DNA of 64,000 nucleotides from a virus (IMGVR_UViG_3300005805_003857:1-64000), one strand, 5' to 3'. Positions 1 to 9,626 are shown, counted from the stretch's first letter. Numbers and translations are program-made. The notes: generated from the letters alone by a model not told the origin.

Positions 1-1053
1 GAATTTCAAAATCTACGAGACCAGTTTCTACGAAACGAAAGACCTGGTGGATGTAAAGCATGTTGGGATGAAGAAGCAGCCGGTATACCTAGTATGAGAT
101 TAACTAGAGAAAAAGGTGGTAAAGAACACCCCTATGCTACATTTTTCCATCATATACCTAGATTGTATCCAAAGACGTTAGATTTAAAACTAAGTAATTT
201 GTGCAATCTTAAATGTAGAATATGTACACCGTTTTTAAGTACGCAATGGATGAAAGAAATCATTGATTTACAAGTACATGACATGGGTGATGCTAAATCA
301 TTTACTAGTAATGCAAAAGAGAAGTTTTCAGAAAATCCCAATAATGAAGAAATATTAAAACAGTGGGCACCTACTATTGATTATTTAGAATTCTATGGTG
401 GTGAGCCGTTAATGCAACAAGAACATGATAAAATTCTACGTATTATGAATGAATACGGTAAGCCAAAAAATACCGGATTGTATTATAACACCAATGGCAC
501 TATTTGCGATGAAGAATTTTTTAAGTTGTGGGCACCATTCAAAGAAGTAACTATAAATTTCAGTATAGATGATATAGGGTCACGATTTGAGTATCAACGA
601 AAAAATGCTAAATGGAATGAAGTACAAGATAACATTGTAAAATATAAAGAATTAGCAGTAAAACACAATGTTAATATGATACTGAGATTTTATACTACAG
701 TTGGTATACTAAATGTATTTTACTTGAAGGAATTTTTTGAGTTTATTAAACAATATAATATGGAAGTAGTATTGAATTTAGTTCATTATCCACATCATTA
801 TTCTATTGTTAATTTCCCAACTGAGATTAAAGATATTATCAAAGAAAAATTGTTATCGATTGATGTATCTAACATGTTAACGGCTTGGTCACCCTCCATT
901 GATAACATTATCAACTTTATGTATGGAGCAGAGTATGATGTAAAATTGTTAAAAACGTTTTTTCACAAAACACAAATCCACGATGAATACAGAAACGAAT
1001 CGTTTAGTAAAACTTTTCCTGAATTAAATGAGATGTTAAAAAAATATGAGTAA
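1..1053 (+). CDS. Radical SAM protein with N-terminal twitch/SPASM-like domain (5'-truncated by window edge)
   Basis: Frame is open from base 1 (EFQNLRDQF...CKACWDEE), upstream of the ATG at 94; CNLKCRIC CxxxCxxC motif, GGEP, YNTNGT. Confidence 0.9.
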   Translation, partial: EFQNLRDQFLRNERPGGCKACWDEEAAGIPSMRLTREKGGKEHPYATFFHHIPRLYPKTLDLKLSNLCNLKCRICTPFLSTQWMKEIIDLQVHDMGDAKSFTSNAKEKFSENPNNEEILKQWAPTIDYLEFYGGEPLMQQEHDKILRIMNEYGKPKNTGLYYNTNGTICDEEFFKLWAPFKEVTINFSIDDIGSRFEYQRKNAKWNEVQDNIVKYKELAVKHNVNMILRFYTTVGILNVFYLKEFFEFIKQYNMEVVLNLVHYPHHYSIVNFPTEIKDIIKEKLLSIDVSNMLTAWSPSIDNIINFMYGAEYDVKLLKTFFHKTQIHDEYRNESFSKTFPELNEMLKKYE

Positions 1054-2227
1054 TAATTTACCTGAATCATTTTGTTCATTGCCGTGGGTTAATATATCTA
1101 CCGATGTTAATGGGTCATTGCGCCCGTGTTGTAAGTTTGCACAACCTGATATATCTAATGAATATCAACTACCTAATATGAAAGAGGGTAGATTAGATGT
1201 ATTATGGAATGACCAGCGTTTTCAAAATCTTAGACAAGCATTTTTGGATGGTAAGAAACCAAAAGAATGTCAAAGTTGTTGGGATGAAGAAGCTGCCGGA
1301 ATCAAGAGTTTTAGAGTTCAATGGGAAATTGACAAAAAGGTAGACACAACTGGTATGATTTTTGAACCTGTTGCTACTAGCGGTCCACGTGCAATGGACT
1401 TAAAACTAAACAACGTATGTAATCTCAAATGTAGAATCTGTGGTCCACAAGCAAGTTCAACTTTTTTGAAAGAACATCAAGAACGATTGAATATAACACT
1501 AGAAGGAAGCGAATATTGGATTAGCAATAAGATTCTTGGTACAGCCAATGAAGAAGTTATTAACAAATGGGCAGAAGATTTAATTCACCTTGAAGTTACT
1601 GGGGGTGAGCCAATGGCAAGTCCGGAGAACATAAAAATTCTAGACTTACTAATCAAGTCAGGCAAAGCCAAGAACATATCAGTATTGTTGAACACTAATG
1701 GCACCTTGTACAATAAAAAATTTTTAGATAATATACTTCAGTTCAAAGAAATAACACTGTGTCTATCAATTGATGATTTAGATGCTAGACTGGAGTACGA
1801 ACGCTATCCCACAGAATGGAACGTAATACAAGAAAATATAACAAAATTTATTGAATTACGAAAGACACATAGTAATCTGTTTCTAACGTTATGTCCTACT
1901 GTTAGTTCTTTTAACGTGTATTATCTGCCAGATTACTTAGAGTGGGCAAAGACACTGGATATATACACCTACTATAATATATTACATTACCCTCCTAGTC
2001 ATAGTGTGAAGAACTTACCGGATAAGTTAAAAGAAATTGTATCTGCCCGTTTAACACATGAAGATTTTGCCATCGTTAAAAACTTCTTGCATTTATCCAG
2101 AGATAATGATACACTTATCAATGAATTTATTAGTAAGAATGAAGAATTAGACCAATACAGACAACAAGATTTTAAAACCATATTTGGCGAATGGGGAAAC
2201 TTAGTTATGGAATACAAAGATGAATAA
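1046..2227 (+). CDS. Radical SAM protein with N-terminal twitch/SPASM-like domain
   Basis: N-terminal CSLPW...PCC...CQSC; CNLKCRIC; GGEP; NTNGT; paralog of the upstream gene. Confidence 0.9.
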   Translation: MSNNLPESFCSLPWVNISTDVNGSLRPCCKFAQPDISNEYQLPNMKEGRLDVLWNDQRFQNLRQAFLDGKKPKECQSCWDEEAAGIKSFRVQWEIDKKVDTTGMIFEPVATSGPRAMDLKLNNVCNLKCRICGPQASSTFLKEHQERLNITLEGSEYWISNKILGTANEEVINKWAEDLIHLEVTGGEPMASPENIKILDLLIKSGKAKNISVLLNTNGTLYNKKFLDNILQFKEITLCLSIDDLDARLEYERYPTEWNVIQENITKFIELRKTHSNLFLTLCPTVSSFNVYYLPDYLEWAKTLDIYTYYNILHYPPSHSVKNLPDKLKEIVSARLTHEDFAIVKNFLHLSRDNDTLINEFISKNEELDQYRQQDFKTIFGEWGNLVMEYKDE

Positions 2228-3368
2228 ATTAACACCAGAGCAAATTGACGCATATAATGGTAAGCGTAAAGAGTTTGACCGAAGTAGAGAAATAAACACA
2301 ATAAGTCCGTGTGTTGCTCCATTGAACAATATGTATTTTACTGTTGAAGGTAATGTAGCTCCTTGCTGGTTACTAGTGGGTAAAATAGATAAATGGAGTA
2401 CTTCACGTTCTATTAAAGATATATGGTTTGGTGAGAAATTCACTGAATATAGAAACAATCTTAAAGAAGGATTATTCAACAGTGAATGTAGAGTATGTAA
2501 ACAAAAAATAGAAGCTGATACTTGGCCCTTAGCATTAGCATATGATGGATTTACCGTAAAAGAATATCCTACATTACTTGAACTAGAACTTAGTAATCAA
2601 TGTAATTTAGAATGTATTATGTGCGAGGGTAGACTAAGTTCCGGTATCAGAAAGAACCGAGAAAAACTTCCACCTATGCCTGCAGTCTATGATGATAGTT
2701 TTGTAGAACAATTAAAAGAATTTATACCCCATTTAGAAGAACTACGTTTTAATGGTGGAGAACCATTCGCACAAAAGATTGTATATGACATTTGTATGGT
2801 AGTTGCACAAATTAATCCTTCCTTACGTATCAATATAGCTACTAATGGGACTGTATATAATAAACAAGTACGAGAAATATTAGAAAAATGTAATATTCAT
2901 TTGAATATTAGTATTGATAGTTTAGATAAAGATAATTATGAATCTATACGTATCAACGGAAACTTTGATGATTTGATGGAAAACTTTCAAAAGTTTAAAA
3001 AATATTGCCATGAAAATGATCGTGGATTAAGCGTTATGGTTAATCCTATGAACAACAACTGGTGGGAAATGCCAAACTTTGTTAAGTTTACTAATGATAA
3101 TAAAGTTAATTTGTGGTATAACACTATACATCATCCTGAACATTTAAGTATATGGAAGTTGCCTAGTAAAGATATAAGTGTCATATTACAAACATTAGAA
3201 CCACAAGTTGATGAACTTAAACCAATAGACTATTCAAATCATGTAGCATTTGGTAATTGGGAAAAGTTAAATCATTTTGTAAATAAACAAATTTCAAATT
3301 GGCATATTAAACAGTTGTCAAGAGAGCAAGAGATAAATAAAAAAATAATAAATATTGTAAAAAGTTAA
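2220..3368 (+). CDS. Radical SAM protein with N-terminal twitch/SPASM-like domain
   Basis: CVAP...PCW...CRVC; CNLECIMC; GGEP; ATNGT. Confidence 0.9.
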   Translation: MNKLTPEQIDAYNGKRKEFDRSREINTISPCVAPLNNMYFTVEGNVAPCWLLVGKIDKWSTSRSIKDIWFGEKFTEYRNNLKEGLFNSECRVCKQKIEADTWPLALAYDGFTVKEYPTLLELELSNQCNLECIMCEGRLSSGIRKNREKLPPMPAVYDDSFVEQLKEFIPHLEELRFNGGEPFAQKIVYDICMVVAQINPSLRINIATNGTVYNKQVREILEKCNIHLNISIDSLDKDNYESIRINGNFDDLMENFQKFKKYCHENDRGLSVMVNPMNNNWWEMPNFVKFTNDNKVNLWYNTIHHPEHLSIWKLPSKDISVILQTLEPQVDELKPIDYSNHVAFGNWEKLNHFVNKQISNWHIKQLSREQEINKKIINIVKS

Positions 3369-3370
3369 CT

Positions 3371-4243
3371 ATGAAAAAAATAGTGTTTAATGGTTGTAGT
3401 TTCATGGCAGGCGATGAGCTTGTATGGGATGATTATTCAAAAGAAATAGGTAATAAGTTATCATGGGAATGGTTTACGACGGTTCCGTCAGTACAACATA
3501 CTAACGAAAACAGAGTTATTTGGAACGAGTACCACAACGTTTATAAGAGAAAATATAACTTGCCGCAACTTGTATCTGAGTTAGTAGGTATTGATACTGA
3601 TAATAAAATTGATCTGTCGAATGAAGGAAAAAGTAACGATATGATTTCACTAGCTACTGTAAATTATATATTGTCTATTCCAATAGAAGATAGACATAAC
3701 TATCACGTAGTAATAGGATGGTCTAGTATTGCTAGAGCTATGAAATTTGGTAAACGAACTAAATCTTTTATAAATTTAAATCCTAATCAGCTAGGGAAAC
3801 ATAACTTTGCATTAGAGTATGAAGATTATATAAAAGTTCTTTTAATAGACGCAGATGATGTAGATTTGTATATTAACTATATTAAAAATATATTGCTTTT
3901 AGAAAATTTTCTACAAGCAAATGGTATATCTTATACTTTTTATCGAGCATTGGGCAATTCTAAAGATTTTATAATAGAATCTCTAGCATTTCAGTCTGGA
4001 ATTTTGCAAGATACACTTCGGTTGGTTGAATCATTGGATTCTAAATGTTGGATTAATTTTACTTCAACTGAGGACACACACCCATCTATAGGAGAATCGT
4101 GGACTAGTACAATGATACAGGTTCCTGGCCATAACGGAAAGTTTTGGGTTTCTCCTAAAAATGCACATCCAAATTTAGAATCAGTAAAAAGTTTTGCTAC
4201 AATTGTTGCACGTAAAATTAAAGAAGATAAGTGTTTAGATTAG
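3371..4243 (+). CDS. SGNH/GDSL-like hydrolase or acyltransferase
   Basis: Block I FNGCSF, block II GKSN, C-terminal AHP. Confidence 0.6.
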   Translation: MKKIVFNGCSFMAGDELVWDDYSKEIGNKLSWEWFTTVPSVQHTNENRVIWNEYHNVYKRKYNLPQLVSELVGIDTDNKIDLSNEGKSNDMISLATVNYILSIPIEDRHNYHVVIGWSSIARAMKFGKRTKSFINLNPNQLGKHNFALEYEDYIKVLLIDADDVDLYINYIKNILLLENFLQANGISYTFYRALGNSKDFIIESLAFQSGILQDTLRLVESLDSKCWINFTSTEDTHPSIGESWTSTMIQVPGHNGKFWVSPKNAHPNLESVKSFATIVARKIKEDKCLD

Positions 4244-6831
4244 CTTGTAGTACGTTGGATACATATCAAAGTGTCTACCTTTTCAACTATTTTCCATCCT
4301 TGATTTAATAATTCATTTATACCATTATAAACATCAACTCCGTATGTTTCATGGTATAAATGTGCTATGATATACCCTTCAGGCTTAACATGCTTAGTCC
4401 AAAATTCTAAATTAGTTTTAAAAATAGGATTTTGGTGTGTATTAATTAAACAAACATCTAGTGGAGTATTCCAATCTACAAAATCATTAAGTGTTGATGT
4501 ATGATGTAATTTTATATTAGAGTATTTTTTAGTAATACGTTCCCATGCTAGTTTACCGCTAGCATCAGACTCAAAATCCTCTTGTATAGACTGTAGTAAA
4601 TCATGCCCTATTTTTTTATCTACGTTGTTATCTTTGCAATTATCAAATAATTGTTCTCTTGCCCATGATTGCATAGAATCAAATTCTCTTTTTAACGAAT
4701 CTTGATCAAATGATTCAATAGAATGAATTATTATATTCTTATTAGCTCTTGCTAAAATAGATGCTCGTCCACCAAGCCCTGAGTTAGTTTCTAATACTAC
4801 ACTGTTTGGCTTAAGATATTTTGAAGTACGTAACAGCATAAATCGTTCTTCTACTGAGATAGATGAAAAGCAACTTTCAATAGGTAATACATTAGGAACT
4901 ACTGTTTCTGACTTAATAAAAAATATTTTGTTTATTTTAGTTTTGGTTGATTCAGTCCATTGACCAGAATCCTCATGAGTATAGTCAAAACCATCCATAT
5001 TAATAATATCTTTAAAGTTATTAACAAAGTTAAAATCACACTTGGTTACAAAATTTCCAATATCATCTATTTTAAAATATAACTTAGCAGTATATGTATG
5101 TGAATCAGGGGCAATAGTAAAGATAAAATCTCTGTGGTCTAATTCACTATTAAAATTTAATGTCATTTCAAATCCTCCACGAACTCTCCACAACATTCTA
5201 AAGAATCCAAATGCTTCATTCATTACACTATCAGCAAATGCGCCATGCCCTGATTTAATAATATTAAAATCAAAATTCTCATATTCAACATGTTCATTTA
5301 TGTATTCTGAATCAAATTGTAGTTGAAAATGATCGGTAATAGCTCCTTCTGAACTATGTACATTAGCAATAGTACCACCGTACTCCTTGCATAGATGTAA
5401 CCAAATATGCATACATTTAATTCTAATATGTCTATGGAGCTTTGTATTAGTTAAGTCTAATGTATACCATCCACCTAGCCATGGACTATTTCTTGGGTTT
5501 AGGTTGAACTTTTCTCTATCATCATATGCTGAACCCATGTTATCACCTAATCCTGGACCCGGACTACATGCTATAATTCTTGCTCTATGATTCCACAACA
5601 TATTAAAACTATGTGTAAATGCTTCTATATCTTCGCCGGGCGCTCCTATAACCCAACAAGCAGATACTTTCATACCCACTTTATCAGAGTCAATAATGTT
5701 TTGATTAATTTCTGCTACTGTGTTTTTTTTATTAATAGCTTTTAATACTTTATCGCTACCGGTCTCAATTCCATAATTGAATCCTTGGGCGCCCGCCGCC
5801 TTCATTAATTTATAGAATTCTAAATCCATTCTACCATCAGCTCTGGCATATCCCCACCAGTTAATACCTAATTTTCTATTTACTAATTCTTGACAAAAAT
5901 TGTTAAATTCTTTTAAATTACCATTCATTAAACTATCAACAAATGAAACAAAACTAATACCGTATTTTTTAACTTGAAATTCTAATTCATCTACTACATT
6001 GTTAGCACCACGGTCACGGAATTTCCAATAATATACTTCAGTACAGTAGCTACATTTAGCGATACAACCTCTACTGATTTCGGCGCATATGCTATTTTTC
6101 CCCCAATATTTAGTTAAATCAAAATCACTATAGTCTGGATAAGGTAGACTATCAATGTCAATACGTGTATCACTATATAGACTACCTATTGCGGGTTGTA
6201 ATGGTTTTATTCCGTTTTCCCAATTTTCTAAGAAATCTAATATGTTTTGTTCGCTTTCACCAATAAAGTAATAATCTACTTCATCTGGTTTTTTATAATA
6301 ATTTTCGTGACATTCAGGACCGCCCATTACAATTGTTATATCAGGTCTTCTTTTTTTAATTTCAGCCATCATCCACTTAGTGGGTAGCAAATTTGTGTAA
6401 TATGTACTGAAACCTATAATATCTGGATCACCTGCTAACAAAATTTCTAAAGATTCTTTTAATATAGGTTCATATGTAGGGTGAATTCTTTTATAATATT
6501 CATCACCTTGCCACCACCAATAATTTGCACCGTTCCACGCATCATCTAAATTAGTATTAGCTTCTTTAAGTGCATAGTGTGACTCTACGTTGAAATCATA
6601 TACTGTAGTAGGATATCCAGCTTCACGCATTAATCCAACAAGTCTTGCTAAATTATAAGGCGGCATATATATAGCCCAACTGCCTAGTACACATAAGGTA
6701 AACTTAGTCTTACGATAGCCAACATTTACACCCACTGATTTTACATTTAATCTAGGTCTTCTACTAGTATTAATTTCTGTGTTTTTTGGAATTAGATTTT
6801 CAGCTATCCAAGTATCTTTGTCCATTGCCAT
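4240..6831 (-). CDS. B12-binding radical SAM enzyme fused to a C-terminal class I SAM-methyltransferase-like domain
   Basis: PPYNL, IIGFSTY, VMGGPE, IGESE (cobalamin-binding domain); SRGCIAKCSYC; GIETGS; C-terminal LETNSGLGG...VKPEGYII. Confidence 0.85.
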   Translation of the reverse strand: MAMDKDTWIAENLIPKNTEINTSRRPRLNVKSVGVNVGYRKTKFTLCVLGSWAIYMPPYNLARLVGLMREAGYPTTVYDFNVESHYALKEANTNLDDAWNGANYWWWQGDEYYKRIHPTYEPILKESLEILLAGDPDIIGFSTYYTNLLPTKWMMAEIKKRRPDITIVMGGPECHENYYKKPDEVDYYFIGESEQNILDFLENWENGIKPLQPAIGSLYSDTRIDIDSLPYPDYSDFDLTKYWGKNSICAEISRGCIAKCSYCTEVYYWKFRDRGANNVVDELEFQVKKYGISFVSFVDSLMNGNLKEFNNFCQELVNRKLGINWWGYARADGRMDLEFYKLMKAAGAQGFNYGIETGSDKVLKAINKKNTVAEINQNIIDSDKVGMKVSACWVIGAPGEDIEAFTHSFNMLWNHRARIIACSPGPGLGDNMGSAYDDREKFNLNPRNSPWLGGWYTLDLTNTKLHRHIRIKCMHIWLHLCKEYGGTIANVHSSEGAITDHFQLQFDSEYINEHVEYENFDFNIIKSGHGAFADSVMNEAFGFFRMLWRVRGGFEMTLNFNSELDHRDFIFTIAPDSHTYTAKLYFKIDDIGNFVTKCDFNFVNNFKDIINMDGFDYTHEDSGQWTESTKTKINKIFFIKSETVVPNVLPIESCFSSISVEERFMLLRTSKYLKPNSVVLETNSGLGGRASILARANKNIIIHSIESFDQDSLKREFDSMQSWAREQLFDNCKDNNVDKKIGHDLLQSIQEDFESDASGKLAWERITKKYSNIKLHHTSTLNDFVDWNTPLDVCLINTHQNPIFKTNLEFWTKHVKPEGYIIAHLYHETYGVDVYNGINELLNQGWKIVEKVDTLICIQRTTS

Positions 6832-7890
6832 TTATTTTCTATCCCCAAATAAGATATAATCTTCTTTTGTATAACCTTCCATTACTTCACTACCTGATCC
6901 AAATGTTGGTTCACTATTCTTGTTATTCAAGTCTCCGCGAATAGGAACAATAGCCCATGTACAATAATCACTAAAATGTGGTAACGCTTTTAGTTCAGTT
7001 TCTAAGCTTAATGTTTCATCACGGTTATGTGGAGCCATCATAAACTTAATTTCTAAATGACCGCAATCACCGTGTTCTGCTTTCTCTTTAGCAATAGCTT
7101 CTACTACCTTAACAAATTTCTTTCTATCATAGAATTCATAATGAACACTAAGATTTAAATCTCCGTAATGGATAACTTCTTTGTAATAATCAGGTAAACG
7201 ACTACCGTTACTATGTAAACTAACATGATGTCCACATGCATTTAGGTAACGCAACCAATCTAAGAAATCTTTGTTTACAGTAGGTTCTCCGCCACTGATG
7301 ATAAAGTTAACACTTTCACCCTTAGTAAACTTTTTCTCAATCAAATGAGTAGCTTTCATTAATTCTTCTAATGACTTGTGAGGATCCGTGTTGTTATGAA
7401 TCCATGGCCAGCAATAGCTACAATCATAGTTACATCTACGGCCTATTTCCCAATATATTTGTTTTTGTGTGCTAGCATGAGTACGTTCCATACCAACATA
7501 TTCTGTTAAATTATCATTACGTAATTCAGGTTGAACAGGTAATCCCTGACCTTTTCTTAATATAGGTTTGAATTCTATAATACTAGTTTTGGGTATGAAT
7601 AAATCAGCACCACAACTACATACGTTTTTAGTACAATCAATCCAATCTTCGGGTACAATAAAATCATCCCAAACACTACCTAATTTACCACCTACACGAC
7701 AGCTAGCAGTCCAGACACCTCCATCCATATCAATGAATAAACTGTCAACTCCGGCCCCACATTTCCAACCCTGAAGATAATTTAACTTAGCACCCACTAA
7801 TTCATCTGTGCTCCAATCTCTCCATGTTCCATTCGCTCCGTATGTGCGTATTGGTTTGCCCGGGGTAAATTCATAATTTATGTTATTCAC
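6832..7890 (-). CDS. Radical SAM protein with N-terminal SPASM/twitch-like domain
   Basis: CGAG...ASC...CTKNVCSC; CNYDCSYC; SGGEPT. Start reassigned to the GTG at 7890 (AGGAAC upstream); the ORF-track extension to 8088 overlaps two + strand genes. Confidence 0.85.
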   Translation of the reverse strand: MNNINYEFTPGKPIRTYGANGTWRDWSTDELVGAKLNYLQGWKCGAGVDSLFIDMDGGVWTASCRVGGKLGSVWDDFIVPEDWIDCTKNVCSCGADLFIPKTSIIEFKPILRKGQGLPVQPELRNDNLTEYVGMERTHASTQKQIYWEIGRRCNYDCSYCWPWIHNNTDPHKSLEELMKATHLIEKKFTKGESVNFIISGGEPTVNKDFLDWLRYLNACGHHVSLHSNGSRLPDYYKEVIHYGDLNLSVHYEFYDRKKFVKVVEAIAKEKAEHGDCGHLEIKFMMAPHNRDETLSLETELKALPHFSDYCTWAIVPIRGDLNNKNSEPTFGSGSEVMEGYTKEDYILFGDRK

Positions 7891-7919
7891 TATTAAGTTC
7901 CTGTGATGTTTTGATTTAC

Positions 7920-7933
7920 TAAATAGATATTTA
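7920..7933. promoter_or_regulatory. Back-to-back TAAATA late-type promoters (divergent)
   Basis: TAAATA on + (7920-7925) and on - (7933-7928), between the divergent radical SAM and carbamoyltransferase units; T4-type late promoter core. Confidence 0.6.
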
Positions 7934-7945
7934 TGATGGACTAAA

Positions 7946-8044
7946 ATGATGAATATATTTGGCTGGGTTAGAAAATTACGTGAGTATTTAAAATATCGTA
8001 AACGACTTAAAGAATTAAAGAAACGAGATCCTTTTATATATTGA
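7946..8044 (+). CDS. Small basic protein, 32 aa (MMNIFGWVRKLREYLKYRKRLKELKKRDPFIY), not in ORF track
   Basis: Translated by hand; lies between the late promoter and the carbamoyltransferase, with its stop 1 nt before that gene's ATG. Confidence 0.7.
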   Translation: MMNIFGWVRKLREYLKYRKRLKELKKRDPFIY

Positions 8045-8045
8045 T

Positions 8046-9551
8046 ATGAACTATTTAGGAATATCAACCGGTTTCCATGACTCTGCAATAAGTCTTATAG
8101 ATGATGCTGGCAATATATTATTTGCTGGACATAGTGAACGTTACACTAAACATAAGCATGATAAACATTTAAGTATGGATATAGTAACCGATGCGTTAGC
8201 ATATGCAACCTCACGTAATATTGAAGTTCATTATTATGAACGTCCATTAATGAAATATCTCCGACAGTTATATAGTGGGGAAAAACCCGCATTAGCAAAC
8301 ATATCAACTAAACATATTATTGGTGAAGGTTTATTGTATAAAATATCTGATGGTAGAGGTAGTAAAGTACATACACATAACCATCATTTAAGTCATGCAG
8401 CCGCAGGCTTTCAAACAAGTCCCTACAATGATGCTACTGTAGTTGTTATTGATGCTATCGGAGAGTTTGACACTATTAGTATTTGGAATGCGTATTATGA
8501 TAAGAATGGTATAGCAAAATATAAGAAGTTATGGGGACAACATTATCCACATAGTATAGGATTATTCTATAGTGCTATGACACAACGGGTGGGACTACGC
8601 CCATTAGACGAAGAATATATTTTGATGGGCATGGCAGCTTATGGTAAACATAATCTATCAAAAGAATTAAAAGAAATGTCTGACACATTAGTAAAATCAT
8701 ATAAAGACATTACTTTCAAACATAACTTACACATAGGAGTATCGGACGAATTCATCAAGGACGCTGATGATATGGATATTGCTTGTAGCGCACAACTAAT
8801 TGCCGAACTGTTGATTACATCCGTTATCAGTAAAGCAAGAGCACTCGGTGGTGGTAAGAATCTTGTATATGGTGGTGGCGTAGCATTAAATTGTTTAGCA
8901 AATAGATTATTAGGAAACTTTTATGACAACATTTGGATTATACCTAATCCTGGCGATGCTGGTTCTAGTCTTGGAGCGGCCTGTCTTGGCTATGGTAAAC
9001 GGGTTAATTGGACTAACGCTTTTCTTGGTTATGATATTAGTGGGCCTTATCCTACTAATCGTATACTTGATAGTCTACTCACTGATAAAATTGTGGGAGT
9101 CGCTAACGGACGAGCAGAGTTTGGGCCAAGGGCTTTGGGAAATAGAAGCTTACTTGCAGACCCAAGAGGAACAGAAATTAAGGATAAAGTAAATGAAATC
9201 AAACGAAGACAAAAATTCAGACCTTTTGCGCCAGTCATTCTGGAGGAATATGCTGATACTTATTTTGATATGCCACGTGGTTTCAATAACAGTAGGTATA
9301 TGCAGTCAATCGCTCGTTGTAGGGTTCCTTACTTATTTCCTGCTATCGTTCACCACGACGGCACTAGTCGTGTCCAGACTGTCCCGAAAGATGGAAGTGG
9401 AATACGAGAACTCCTTGAAAAATGGTACGTATTGACCGGTTGTCCAATGTTATTGAACACATCATTGAACATCAGGGGCGAGCCAATGGTAAATGACCGA
9501 AAAGATGCTGACAGGTTCGAATTAATGTATGGAGTGAAAGTTTGCTCCTAA
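8046..9551 (+). CDS. Carbamoyltransferase (NodU/CmcH/TobZ family)
   Basis: FHDSA, HHLSHAA, GGVALNC, GDAG, GRAEFGPRALGNRS, RPFAP, LLNTSLNIRGEP. Confidence 0.95.
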   Translation: MNYLGISTGFHDSAISLIDDAGNILFAGHSERYTKHKHDKHLSMDIVTDALAYATSRNIEVHYYERPLMKYLRQLYSGEKPALANISTKHIIGEGLLYKISDGRGSKVHTHNHHLSHAAAGFQTSPYNDATVVVIDAIGEFDTISIWNAYYDKNGIAKYKKLWGQHYPHSIGLFYSAMTQRVGLRPLDEEYILMGMAAYGKHNLSKELKEMSDTLVKSYKDITFKHNLHIGVSDEFIKDADDMDIACSAQLIAELLITSVISKARALGGGKNLVYGGGVALNCLANRLLGNFYDNIWIIPNPGDAGSSLGAACLGYGKRVNWTNAFLGYDISGPYPTNRILDSLLTDKIVGVANGRAEFGPRALGNRSLLADPRGTEIKDKVNEIKRRQKFRPFAPVILEEYADTYFDMPRGFNNSRYMQSIARCRVPYLFPAIVHHDGTSRVQTVPKDGSGIRELLEKWYVLTGCPMLLNTSLNIRGEPMVNDRKDADRFELMYGVKVCS

Positions 9552-9555
9552 GGCA

Positions 9556-9626
9556 TAAATAAAAGTGTAGTTCGCGGATCTGGACAATCCCAACTACTCT
9601 AATGCTAACAAGGAGCAATCAGCATG
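9556..9626 (+). ncRNA. Conserved structured endonuclease leader, copy 1 (candidate cis-regulatory RNA)
   Basis: TAAATA-aaa-GTGTAGTT-CGC-GGAtctggacaaTCC-C-AACTAC-TCTAATGCT-aa-CAAGGAGCAATCAGC-ATG; near-identical copies at 34799 (+) and 21770 (-). Confidence 0.8.

Noticed and set aside
7891-8088. ORF-track N-terminal extension of the minus-strand radical SAM gene
   Set aside because: Overlaps two + strand genes and the divergent promoters; a GTG with an SD at 7890 is a better start
9556-9626. Endonuclease leader as a known self-cleaving ribozyme (twister/hammerhead/pistol/HDV-like) or SAM-II riboswitch
   Set aside because: CCCAA, TAA and GGAG occur, but in an order fitting no twister permutation; no CUGANGA/GAAA core or other consensus seen by eye. 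Infernal is needed for a final answer
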